Shown in pieces: positions 53,000 to 64,000 of a stretch of 64,000 bases of DNA. Source of the stretch: Lama glama (lineage: Eukaryota). The stretch covers positions 48,548,001 through 48,612,000 of the forward strand of contig CM052817.1 in assembly GCA_028534125.1 (NCBI GenBank), written 5' to 3'. Each line of letters opens with the position of its first letter. Position 1 is the stretch's first letter. The translations under genes were made by a program, and so were the position numbers. The notes under the pieces were generated by a model. That model was given only the letters and a program-made list of their open reading frames with translations, did no database searches and was not told where the DNA came from.

Positions 53000-54345
53000 A
53001 AAAATGTCAGTTAGACAAAGGTGCAAAAATAATCCAATGGAGGAAAGATAGCTTTTCAGTAGTGGTGCTGGAGCAGTTAAACATTCATAGGCAAAAAAAA
53101 AAAAAAAAAAAAGAACCTTGATCTAAGCCTCACACCTAATATAAAATTAACTCAAAATGGATCATGCACTGAAATGTAAATGTAAAACTCTAACACTTCT
53201 GGAAAAAACAGAGAAAGTCTTCAAGATCTAGGACTAGGCAAGGAGTTCTTAGTCTTGATGGCAAAAGCGCAGTTCATAAAAGGAAAAGTTGATAAACCAG
53301 ACTTCATCAAAATCCTATTTAGAGGATGAAAAGACAAGCTGCAGGGTGGGAACAAATATTTTCAAACCACATGTCTGACAATAGACCTGGTATCTACAAT
53401 ATATAAAGAATTCACAAGACTCAACAATTAAAAACCAAATATTCCAATTAGGAAATGGGCAAAAGATAAGAAGAGACATGTCAGCAAGGAGGAGAAACAG
53501 ATAGCAAATAAGCAGTAAACACATGAAATTGTATTCAGCATCACTAGCCATTGGGGGAATGTAGATTAAAACCACAATGAGATTTTACCACAAGCTTACC
53601 AAAATGACTGAAATTAAAAAACTAGTTGACACCACCAAATGCTGCTGTGGATGCAGAGAAAGTGTATCACATATATTGCTAGTGGGAATGTAAAATGGTA
53701 CAGTCACTCTGGAAAACAATGTGGGAATTTCTTAAAAAAAAATGCAACTTCCAAATGTCCCAGCAATTGCACTAGTAGGCATTTATCCCAGAGAGATGAA
53801 GATTAATTTTGGCACAAAAACCTGTCATGTGAATGTAACAGTTTTATTCATAATGGCCCTAAGCTGAAAACAACCCAGATAACCTTCCATGGATGAATGG
53901 TTAAACAAACTATGGTACAGCTATGAGTATCACAGAATACTACTCAACAATAATAAGGAACAGACTTTTGATACAATAGCCTGGATGAGTTTCCAGGGAA
54001 TTAGGCTGAGTGAAAAAGCCAATCTTAAAAGATTATATACAATATTGTTCCATTTGTACAACATTTATAAATGAAAAAATATAGAAAGAAGAGATGAATG
54101 GTTGTCAGGGGTTAAGGAGCAAGTGGATGTGGTTATAAAAGGGCGACAGGAAGGATCTTTGTTGTGATGGAAATGTTCTTTTTTGACTACATCAATATCA
54201 GTATCCTTGTTGTGACATTCTTATCACAAGATACAAATGTTACCATTGGAGGAAACTGGGTAAAGGGCACACATCATCACCCTGTGTTATTTCTTAAAAC
54301 TGCATGTGAATCTACAATTATTTCTAAATTAAAATTTTAAACATA
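53000..54345 (+). mobile_element. L1M (L1MC/MB-like) ORF2 end and 3' UTR
   Basis: gacaaaggtgcaaaaataatccaatggagg...aaattaactcaaaatggatc...gggaatgtaaaatggtacagtcactctggaaaac...ttcttaaaactgcatgtgaatctacaatt. Confidence 0.88.
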
Positions 54346-54704
54346 AAGTTGAAAAATAGTCAATTAGAAATTTTTCCATATAAATATGAAAAAATATCGA
54401 TAGCTTTTGGTTTTGTGGGAAGTGAAAGAGACCGAAAGGAGGCTGATGCTCCACCTTTAGCTTTAGAATGACTAAGATTGATTCAAAAATTCAAAATAGA
54501 TTCTAAACTTATACAATTCAAACAGGGAAAAAAGTTACTCTTAGAAAGAAGTGCATGGTGTTATTACTATGTTCTTTCCTTCACTTTGCTATAGCTCTGG
54601 GGGCCTTCTTTCCTGCTACTTGTCCTGTGCAGGCCAAACTCTTTCCCATTTTAGACCTTTTACTTGCTGGTTTCTTTCTTCTTGGGACAGTGTTTAGCTA
54701 AGTC

Positions 54705-55225
54705 TGTGGAAGGCAGAATAATGTCCCCTCAAATTTACATGCCCTAATCTCTAGCACCTATGAATTTGCTACACATTATGTAGCAAAAGAGACTTTCAAA
54801 TGTGATTAAAGTTATGGGCCTACAATGGGAGATTATCCTTTATTATCTGGGTGGGCCCAGTGTGATCACATGAGCCCCTAAAAGCAGAGAACTTTCCCTA
54901 ATTGTAAACAGGAAAGATGTTGCAAAAGTAGAGGTCAGAGAGATTTGAAGCACGAGAAGGACTTGACCCACTATTACTAACTTTTAATATCAAGAGGGCC
55001 ACTGGCCAGGGGATGTTGTCAGCATCTAGAAGCTGAGAACAACCTCCAGGTGACAGTAGGTAAGAGAATGGAGACCTTGACTCTAAAATCACAAGGGATT
55101 GAATTCGACCAACAACTTGAATGAGGTTGGAAATAGATTCTCTACAAGAGCCTCAAGATAAGTAAGACTCAGGCTGGCTGACGCTTAGGTTTGTTTCCAC
55201 ATTGTGAAACCAGAGCAGTGAGGGT
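54705..55225 (+). mobile_element. MLT1-type (ERVL-MaLR) solo LTR
   Basis: tgtggaaggcagaataatgtcccc...atgccctaatc...gggagattatcctttattatctgggtgggcccagtgtgatcacatgagccc. Confidence 0.8.
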
Positions 55226-55379
55226 GGTGATTGATGGCAGTAAGTTGAGTTCTGTTGCCTCTTGTTAAGTCATGGAGGAAGTATCTAACTTTCTTTAGAA
55301 TTTAGGGTACTTAGCCATTCTTGATGGTCAGCTGTGAGCCCTAGTTGTCAATGCTGTGGCAAAGGAAAAATCACTTTTT

Positions 55380-55960
55380 ATCACTGTGGCTATTGTAGTA
55401 GTCTATGAAAGAAGATAGAGGCTTGGACTAGGGTGACAGTGAAAATGGAGAGAATCAGATACATTTGGGGTATACTGTGGAAATGAAACAAACATGACAT
55501 GGTGATAAATTGAATGTGAGGGAGAAGAACAGAAGGGGATCAAAGAAGAGGATTTTGCCTTGAGCAACCAGGTGGGTGGAGGTGCCATTTACTGAGATGA
55601 GGAAGACTAGGGCCAGAAAAAGATGTGATTGGAAGTGTGAGGGTGACTTGGTCATCAAGAGTACTGCTTTACCTGGTTACGTTTTAGGTAACTGTTAGAC
55701 AGACAAGTGAAGATATCAAAGAGAAAGTTGGATACAGGAGTTTGTAGCTCAGTGGGTAAGGGAAAGTCTACAGTTATACATTGGAAAGTCACAACGTGTT
55801 CTACATTCAAAAACATGGGATCAGATAAAGTGAATTAGGGAGAGGATGAGAGAAAAGAGAAGGCTGAGGATCAACCTTAATATTCAGAAGAAAATTCAGC
55901 AAGATACTGAACAAGAGTCATCAGTGAGGCAGGAAGAAAACAAGGAGAGTATATTCTGTG
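55380..55960 (-). mobile_element. L2 LINE remnant
   Basis: ggattttgccttgagcaaccaggtgggtggaggtgccatttactgagatgaggaagact...gacaagtgaagatatc...gttggatacaggagt. Confidence 0.7.
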
Positions 55961-56574
55961 TGTCTCAAGAGAATCAAATCTTTGTCATGATTTGAGTATC
56001 CTAAATATAATAAGTTACTTACAGAGGAAGTGAAGCATCGGCCTATTTCAGATCATTTTCTAAACTCAGACTGTTTGCTGTATAGGACATTGAAACAAAA
56101 CTTGACTAGGAGTAAAGAAGGTGAGACTAGATTACCTTAACATCTCTTTCATACAAATGAGTCTATACTGAAACTCATACTGTAAGAATCTCATAGATAA
56201 ACATGGAAAAATAAACCATTTTTTGGTGAAGAATTTAGAACACGTGGCTAAGCTCCCGGTTTTAACTCACTTGAATGGAAAGGGTTCTACTATTCACATC
56301 TTACATTTTTTTAAAGTGAGAATTACAAAACCAGAGATAAAGTGGTTTAACGTAGTACTATTATATATATGTATATATATCACTGTAGTATATATAGTAC
56401 AAAAAAATTCATGAAACAATTTACGTATAAAACAGAATTGTAAAATAAATAGAAACCTCAGCTAAATTTTCAATGTAAGCCTGTTTGTTAAAAAAAGAAA
56501 AAACCTTTATTAGCTTCTTGCCCTTTTATAGTTAATGCTGCTAGTTATTCCCCTCCTCCTCCATAGGCTTCTAG

Positions 56575-56748
56575 TCTACCAGTTTTCAAATTTTAATGTA
56601 CATCAGAATCAACTGGAAGCCTTTTTAAAAATACGTATTTCAAAGTTATATCTCCAGAAATTCTGATTGGGTGTACCCAGGAAATCCGTATTTTGACTAA
56701 TATTCCAAGTGATTCTAGGGAAGACGATCCCTGAGCCACACTTGACAA
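56575..56748. mobile_element. MER5A-like DNA transposon remnant
   Basis: ttttcaaattttaatgtacatcagaatcaactggaag...ccagaaattctgatt...ccaagtgattct. Confidence 0.65.
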
Positions 56749-58079
56749 AACACTGATCCTAATCCTATATTGCAGCATAGGTAACTCTCTCCTGGTGACA
56801 AAAGTGCCACTTGGCACTCTCCACATTTCATTAGAATAATTTCTTTTAGATGCATGTTTTGTATAATGGATTATAAGTCTGAAACTATAAGTCTGAAAGA
56901 AACTACAGTTAGAGATGAGGTACCTTAACATCTTAGGTGGTTGGTATTTGTTTTGACATCCTGACCACACACTAAAATAATGAACCTTCAGATGTTTCTT
57001 TTTCTATAAGATATCATTATTCATGTGAATCTTGTATATTTTTCTTAATTCCCAAATAGCTTCTAGGTCCTATGATAGTAGAAATTAAAATGAGAGTAAA
57101 GTTTGATAGTGTAATAATATTGTGTGTTCTAGTGTCTGGCACTTTGTTCTTGCTAGACATTCAATACATTGAAGGAGCGCAATTATGTGCAAGCCTTTAA
57201 TTCTGCTTTCATTCTGCCATTTTTTTTCTTACTGCCAGCTGTGAAATCTGCTTGCCTACTTATAGTCCTGAAGTATTTCTTTACTAACTCTCAAAATTAT
57301 AGGAGACTCTTAAAAAATTAGAGAACTGAAAAACAAAAGTAAGGTAGATTTAATGTTGCATATAAATGTAACCAGAATGTTCTTGGAACAAACCTTGCCT
57401 AAGAGACATTCTAACATTGCAGTGGGAGGTAGAGGGATGCCTTGTCTAAAAGCTCAGGCTTTTTTTTTTTTTTTTTGTCGTCACTAATTAATGAGGAAAA
57501 CTTTTACAAGAAATACTGCAGTGATAGTGTTCTGTTTAGGCCTATCAAATGAGCATCATTTCATGGGTTTAAATTCTGAAAGTTATAACTAGGTGAGCAA
57601 ACACAAAGTTTGCTTTAATACTATCAAATTGTAACAGCAACGGATACATCTAGCATCCACCTGTTTCTAATTCCAGTTCCATGTTTCAGCTTATAAAATA
57701 ATTGAAAGTAATGATAATGTGTATATATTATATATGTGATCTGTAATATATATGTTAAACCTGGTAGCTTGGTTAATTAAGGACTAGCAGAAAGAGTTGA
57801 CCTAAGATACAATAGGAACCTTAACAGGCTTTAATTCTTTCCTTTTCCTTCTCTTTCCTTCATTTATTGTTCTAGGCACAACAAATATCATATTTGATTT
57901 GAAAACCTTATTATCTAGATAATAATGTTGAGAATCCCTATTTAAACATTTTTAATGGACTCCTGCCTTGAAATTATTTTTAGTCTTCTGATTTAATTAT
58001 ATAGAATAAATGTAATATAAAAAGTAATTGCACATGGCTTTGTGGGATATTTTGGAAAAAAATACATAAATCTGAGCCA

Positions 58080-58200
58080 TACATTTCTTTCCAGTGCAGC
58101 ATTTAAATTTCAGACTTCAACCACAGTTGTGATTGTTTTTAGTTTGTTAGCTGCCTGGAGTGTTATTTTAAGAAAGCAGAAGCACCATCATTTGCACACT
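58080..58200 (+). promoter_or_regulatory. JCHAIN: JCHAIN proximal promoter (MEF2-like, PU.1 GCAGAA and octamer-like elements)
   Basis: gttattttaag 58162-58172, aaagcagaagc 58173-58183 and ATTTGCAC 58190-58197; the arrangement fits the mouse J-chain JA/JB elements as I recall them. Confidence 0.75.
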
Positions 58201-58266
58201 CCTTGTAGATCACACATCTTAACCCTGACATTTTAGCTCCAGTTTTTCACAAGAAGTGAAGTCAAG

Positions 58267-58330
58267 ATGAAGAACTATTTGCTTTTCTGGGGAGTCCTGG
58301 CTATTTTTGTTAAGGCTGTTCTTGTGACAG
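58267..58330 (+). CDS. JCHAIN: JCHAIN exon 1 (signal peptide)
   Basis: MKNYLLFWGVLAIFVKAVLVT plus 1 nt; donor ACAG|gtatgt. Not present in the ORF track. Confidence 0.96.
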
Positions 58331-59219
58331 GTATGTAGTATTTTGAAAATGAATCCAGATAAAAGGAAAAATAGAACACAGATCTGTTCTTCAGATTTAA
58401 ACATTTATGTTTGTGCTTTGATTGGCCAGCTAGCTGGCTACTTTTTTCTAACATACTTTAATCTTTGTGTGGACAGTGATATTTAGATAGATAAGACTCA
58501 TTGTAATTCTTTTTATTCTTTTTTCTCTTATTTGTTTGCCTACCTAGAGAATAAGAGAATAGGTATTTCTGGATAAGTATAGATAGCTATGCTTATACTA
58601 ATACACCTATATTGAACCTGGAAAATCAGTGATCCTCTCCTTGAATGTCTCAAATGTATATTCTGGAGAAATGAATTAATAATTATTGTAAATACAATAT
58701 GGAGTGCATTGGGATTTAATTTCCTCAGAGAGATTGTTAATTCTAACAACTTTCCTGGAGCTAAGTGTACAGATTTATTATGACCCTTAACAATGTTTAA
58801 TGTTGTACAGGTTTCCTACAACTTGATGACTATGCTTCAGTTATTTTGTTTATTAACTTTTTAAACTACTGTAGAAAATGGATTATTTTCTGAATATAGA
58901 AGTACAGTGTTTAACAATTTTCATTAGAAGGGCATATGAATTAGAAGTCATAATTAATAAGCTGGTTTATTCTAAGACTTACTGAGCTTATTTTTTTCTT
59001 GAGCTTATTCTTATTTTAAGACAGAGTATGATGTAATTAACAGTAGTTATTTTGCATATGTTTTATACTAATTTAGCATTAAGAATAGTGAATTTCTAAT
59101 AGTATTTAAACCATAAAGATATTAATAGTAAACCATGTATAATATATGTATTTATACATATATAAATATACCTATAAACATATATGTGAAACATATATAT
59201 GGCTATATATGTGTAAAAG

Positions 59220-59455
59220 AGCTATCATTTACTGAGTAATACTATTTTCTAGGCATTATGCTAACTGCTTTACATATACTATTCCATTCTCACAATAACC
59301 ATTTGAGAGTATGTACCATTTTTATTTCTGATATATAGTTGAGCCCACTGAAATTTAGAAAGGTGAAGTAACTTACCTGAGATCACACAATAAGCATGTG
59401 GTAGGTGGAACCCAAGACATCTGACACTATAGTCCACACTCCTAACTACTTTCCT
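59220..59455 (-). mobile_element. MIR SINE remnant in JCHAIN intron 1
   Basis: gctatcatttactgag...aggcattatgctaactgctttacatat...aaggtgaagtaacttacctgagatcacaca. Confidence 0.75.
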
Positions 59456-59967
59456 ATTATGCCTTTATCAAAGAATAACTTTTCAGTAAACTATGTTCAT
59501 TTCTAGTACTTGTTGTTAAGTCTATTTTCTAATTTGTTTGAACTAAGTTAAGTTAAACAAATATTTATTGAGCGCCTACTATGTCTCAAATGCTCTTGAA
59601 ATACAGTAAGGCACAGTCTATAATAGCAGGTTTATTAGGAAAAAATACTGCCTGTTGATGAAACAGAATGTTTGAATCTTGTAAGTCTTGGTGAATTGAA
59701 AGTATTTGTACATTTCCTGGTAGGTATATTAGACTGCCTAATATTTTATATAGTAATAGTAATGATGGTTTTTCCTAGGTTTCTGGCAAGAAAATATAAT
59801 ATATACCATAAATAAAATACAGATATTTTCTATTTAAGACTTGATACTCGACTCAATCTATATTTTTGGTCACACATTACATGCTCATTTGTGTTTTATT
59901 GAGAAAAACATTTGAGTCGAATAAAAGAGTAGGAAAGAGGACACCATTTAAGTCATCTTACTCTTTT

Positions 59968-60138
59968 GTTTTCTTTTTTTAATTAATAGACTTTATTTTT
60001 TAGAGCAGCTTCAGGTTCACAGCAGAACTGAGCAGCAAATACAGAGTTTGCACATAGCCCTCCCCACCCACACATATATACTCCCCTACCCTCAACATCC
60101 CTCATCAGTGTGGCATATTTGGTACAATAAATGAACCA
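59968..60138 (-). mobile_element. Short L1 3'-end insertion with a perfect 14-bp TSD
   Basis: ttttttagagcagcttcaggttcacagcagaactgagcagcaaatacagag. TSD catcttactctttt at 59954-59967 and 60139-60152. Confidence 0.8.
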
Positions 60139-61561
60139 CATCTTACTCTTTTCAAAACATTAAGAAGAATTACATCATTATCTTAAATTGGCTTTGTAAT
60201 GTTTTTTCTCCAGTACCATATGGACTTTTTATCAGAAGATTTATTAAAAACTTAGAAATAATAGCATAATAATGCATTATAAAGTACTTCAAACAACTTT
60301 AAGTACAATAACAATGGTCTCAAAATGTTTTTATAATAACTTATTATTAAAACTGAAATACTGCAATTAGATCCTCTGTGCTCTGGGATCATCTTTGGAA
60401 TAATTAGACTTCCAGCTACAATTATATCTATCCCTATCGTTTAATGTTTATAACTTGAATTCATGTGCTAAATCTTTATTTTTTAATTGAAGACTGATGG
60501 AAGGAAATTTTAAAGATCATTTAGCTGAAATTAAATTAAAAATATTTAACATAATTATTAATGATTAGCATTATTAAATAAAGCTATTTATTGTTAACCC
60601 TTCAAATATCTGTTAAGTGATCTAAGTTCAGATAATAAGAAATTTTCCTTGTTAATTCTTTGCAACACTTGCCTGACTTCTTTGTCTAATGTTCAGATTA
60701 GACAATAAATGTTGACATTCAGAGTTAAGACTTTAATGGTCATCTGTGTATTCATTCATTCATTTATTATTTTTTCTGTATACATGCATATTATATTAAA
60801 TAGAACTTGTATCTCACAATATATTCTAAATTGTTTTGGCAAATTTATAACACTTTACATCTATATATACTGTATTAAAATAATTCTTACAAGAAATATT
60901 GATAAATATAGCACTTATTTTATTGGATTAAATCATTATACCATGATAATTTGATTGTTATTATGAAAAAGAAGAATATAATTAAGTTTGGGAAAATTAT
61001 AGAGGAGAATAAAGTCTTACAAAATAAGGTTATCTTGGGGAAGATGTGCATGTTCTTAGCTCTCATGCAATTAAGCAAAAAAAAAAGTATAAACGGGAGT
61101 TCAGGAAGGATGTGACACTTCAAACTCGGTTTATATAGACTAATGTTCTTTTTTGTTCACTCTTGAATGAATTGCTTTGGTCTGAGAAAAATCCAGTCTA
61201 GATTTTTGTTTTCTCTCTCATTTTGGCATTTGGCACTGATTTTTATGAAGCTACATCATTCAGAGTGTTGTGCCTCTATTAAAATCATTAGATTAAAACT
61301 AGAATTCTTTCAGCTCAGCTTCCCATAGACTGGTCCCAGGAAAAAAGAGAAAGTTCCTTTTGGAGTTCGTTTGCATTTCCTTCACTATGCTGTGAGATTC
61401 CACTTAGCTATTTTAGATTAGGAAAGAGAACAAATGCAGAAAGATGAAACTAATCAACTATAAAACAATTTTTCTGCCGGAAAAAAGCTAAATTAACTTG
61501 TTACAAAATATAAAAATAGACTTTCATTTCCCTTTCTTCTTAATGTGTTTTATCTTTCAAG

Positions 61562-61688
61562 CCCAAGATGAAGATGAAAGCACCGTTCTTGTTGACAACA
61601 AATGTAAGTGTGCCCGGATTACTTCCAGGATCATCCCTTCTCCTGAAGATCCTAGTCAAGACATTGTGGAGAGAAACATCAGAATTAT
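61562..61688 (+). CDS. JCHAIN: JCHAIN exon 2
   Basis: Acceptor tttcaag|CC; (A)QDEDESTVLVDNKCKCARITSRIIPSPEDPSQDIVERNIRI(I); donor AT|gtatgt. Confidence 0.97.
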
Positions 61689-63173
61689 GTATGTGGTATT
61701 TTGCATTTCATTTTTTCATGTTGTGAGCAGAGGTACTTTCTGATATTAGAAATTGTTTGCATGTGATACCTACATCTTTACTCCTCTTTTTGATGTACAG
61801 CATCTTACATAAGGCTGAATCTGATTAATGGGCTTGAGCCAATTATGGAGAAGTTGGGAGCAGGAAGGAAGGTTTCCAGGCAACCTAAAACCAGCCAGCT
61901 AGATCGAATAATAACTGAAGGCTCAGATCAACATGCCCTTTTCATATGGAGTAATTTCAATTTGAATCAGAAATTTTAGTTGCCCTTGATCATTTCAAAC
62001 TGAAACTTGAGATAACACTAAAAGCCTTGTTTTCTACCACATATGGACTACAGATTGAACTCAATTGTCTGCATAAAGGTAAGGTAGACTAATCAAATTG
62101 ACTAAAGTGATTTACTCTTCACTTGCATTTTAGTAGGACTGTTTAATAAGGTGGCTATAATACATTGGGAGGGTCAAGACTGAAGAGGGGAGGGTATTGC
62201 TACAATCTAGGAGAGAAACAGTGGTGTCCTGAATCAGGTGGTTGGATTTCACAGATAGCAAGAACTAAAATCAATTGAACTATGAGATGGATTATATATA
62301 GGTCATGACAGAGAGGAAAGACTAAGGATGGTAACCAATTTTTGGCTTGACTATGTGGATAATATTGCTGAATACTGAGTTAGGAAACGTGAGTTTTTCT
62401 TTATATCTTTCAGTAGGGAGGGGTACATATGAAGAGAAGTGATGACATAGATGGAAAAAATGTAAAAGTTAATGAAATCACTTGAACTAGTTGGTATGTT
62501 ACCTAATTTTTCATGGAACATCTCCAGATCAAAAGGTCTGGATTCTAGTTCCAGCTTTACTACTTAGTAGTTGTATGAACTTGGATAGGTACCAACCCCT
62601 CTGATTTATAATTACTGCATTTCTAAAATGTGGATAATAATATCTGTCTGTCCACTCATCCCACAACTATTGAGTATATTCCACATGCCACACATCTAGC
62701 AAGGCTTTGGGAATATGTAAATGTTCTTGCCTCAAGGAATTTATAAAGTCTAAGGAAGCAGCTACTCTGTAGATAAGCAACTATGACATGCATTTGTTAA
62801 AATAAAGGTATATTCACTTTAATGAGACTACGGAGGAAGGAGTTTATTGAGGGGTGGGGATGGGATCCAAGTAATCATCACGAGAAGGTAAAACTTGAGC
62901 TTATTTTTAAAGGAAATCAAGGATTTGCCAAGTAATCAAAGATGGTTGACAGAGGAATTGCTGTGAGGTTTATTTTGGATGAAAATGTTTAAAAAATAGC
63001 AATTACTGTGAAATCTGAGTAATGGTATTACTTAAGAGTGCCTGTAGAGTGCTAAATATCCTAAATGTCCCAATGAAGCAGTAGGAACTGTCCTAGCAGT
63101 GCATCTATTACCAAAAATAGCAGTATCTGCTGGTTTCATTATTTTCCTTTGTTTTCTTTCTTTCCTTTTTTAG

Positions 63174-63254
63174 TGTTCCTCTGAACAACAGGGAGAATAT
63201 CTCTGATCCCACCTCACCACTGAGAACCAAATTTGAGTACCATTTATCTGACCT
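63174..63254 (+). CDS. JCHAIN: JCHAIN exon 3
   Basis: Polypyrimidine tract and tag|T; VPLNNRENISDPTSPLRTKFEYHLSD(L), including the NIS glycosylation sequon; donor CT|gtaaga. Confidence 0.97.
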
Positions 63255-63902
63255 GTAAGAGATTTTCCTTCATACTAAATAGATATTGAAGTCAATAACT
63301 TTTAATCAAACTTATTAGCAAGAATGTTTTTGAAAACATTGTGGTATAAACATTTACCAATATAATTTGAACTTTTGAATACATTAACTCCTATGTTAAT
63401 TATTAGATATCATAAATTCATAAAACTTTATTGCAGATAAAAGTTAGCTATAAATTTATTCTAAAGAAGAAATTATTGCTGTTTGTATAGGAAGGACCAG
63501 TTTGTCTTTACAGTTCAATAACTGGATTTCAGACACATTAACATGCAGGTCTTTCTTTGGAAACTATAGAGTTCAACATAAAACAAACTAAAACTTCCTT
63601 CTTTGTTACTATAAATAACTCATTTAATCCTAGTATACAGTTGGGAATAAACCCAGCAGAGCAGAAGTTGCTGTATACACAAATAATTGTATTCTCATAT
63701 TATCAATTATATTGTTTACTTTCAACTAAAGGTTGAAAAATTATGTAAATGATTCTGTATTACAGAGCAGCTTAAGTCTGAAAGGAGTAACCCTTTGTCA
63801 GAATTAACTGATTTTAGATAGAAATGTGTAGTCACTCAGATTGTGAGACAACGTTTGATGGGGATTGTCTACAGCATCTAAAGCGTGTTATTTGTTTTTC
63901 AG

Positions 63903-64000
63903 CTGTAAAAAATGTGATCTTACGGAAGTGGAGCTGGGTAATCGAGTAGTTACTGCCACCCAGAGCAATCTCTGTGATGACGATATTGAGACCTGCTATA
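63903..64000 (+). CDS. JCHAIN: JCHAIN exon 4 (partial, runs off the window end)
   Basis: Acceptor tttttcag|C; CKKCDLTEVELGNRVVTATQSNLCDDDIETCY..., in frame with exon 3. Confidence 0.96.

Noticed and set aside
61498..61743. 81-aa ORF as a standalone gene
   Set aside because: It is JCHAIN exon 2 plus flanking intron sequence.

Overview
Mammalian genomic DNA, probably a camelid judging by the tRNA-derived SINE family. It is the RUFY3-UTP3-JCHAIN syntenic block. On the minus strand are two alternative first coding exons of RUFY3 (CpG-island exon 28670-29048; MSALTPP exon 14546-14723, with the remaining exons beyond position 1) and the intronless UTP3/SAS10/Crlz1 gene (40780-42204). On the plus strand is JCHAIN (immunoglobulin J chain): exons 1-3 and the start of exon 4, truncated by the window end. 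The rest is intronic or intergenic DNA with L1, L2, MIR, LTR and DNA-transposon remnants, young SINEs with target-site duplications (TSDs), and a 5'-truncated RPL36A retrocopy. I see no convincing previously undescribed biological system. The best leads are a dense STAT/E-box/RUNX cluster about 5.6 kb upstream of JCHAIN (probable orthologue of the mouse IgJ/Crlz1 enhancer), a duplication with a templated inverted junction at 3355-3489, a possible spliced divergent transcript from the UTP3 promoter, and unusual J-chain substitutions. Repeat family names come from remembered consensus sequences and repeat boundaries are approximate.
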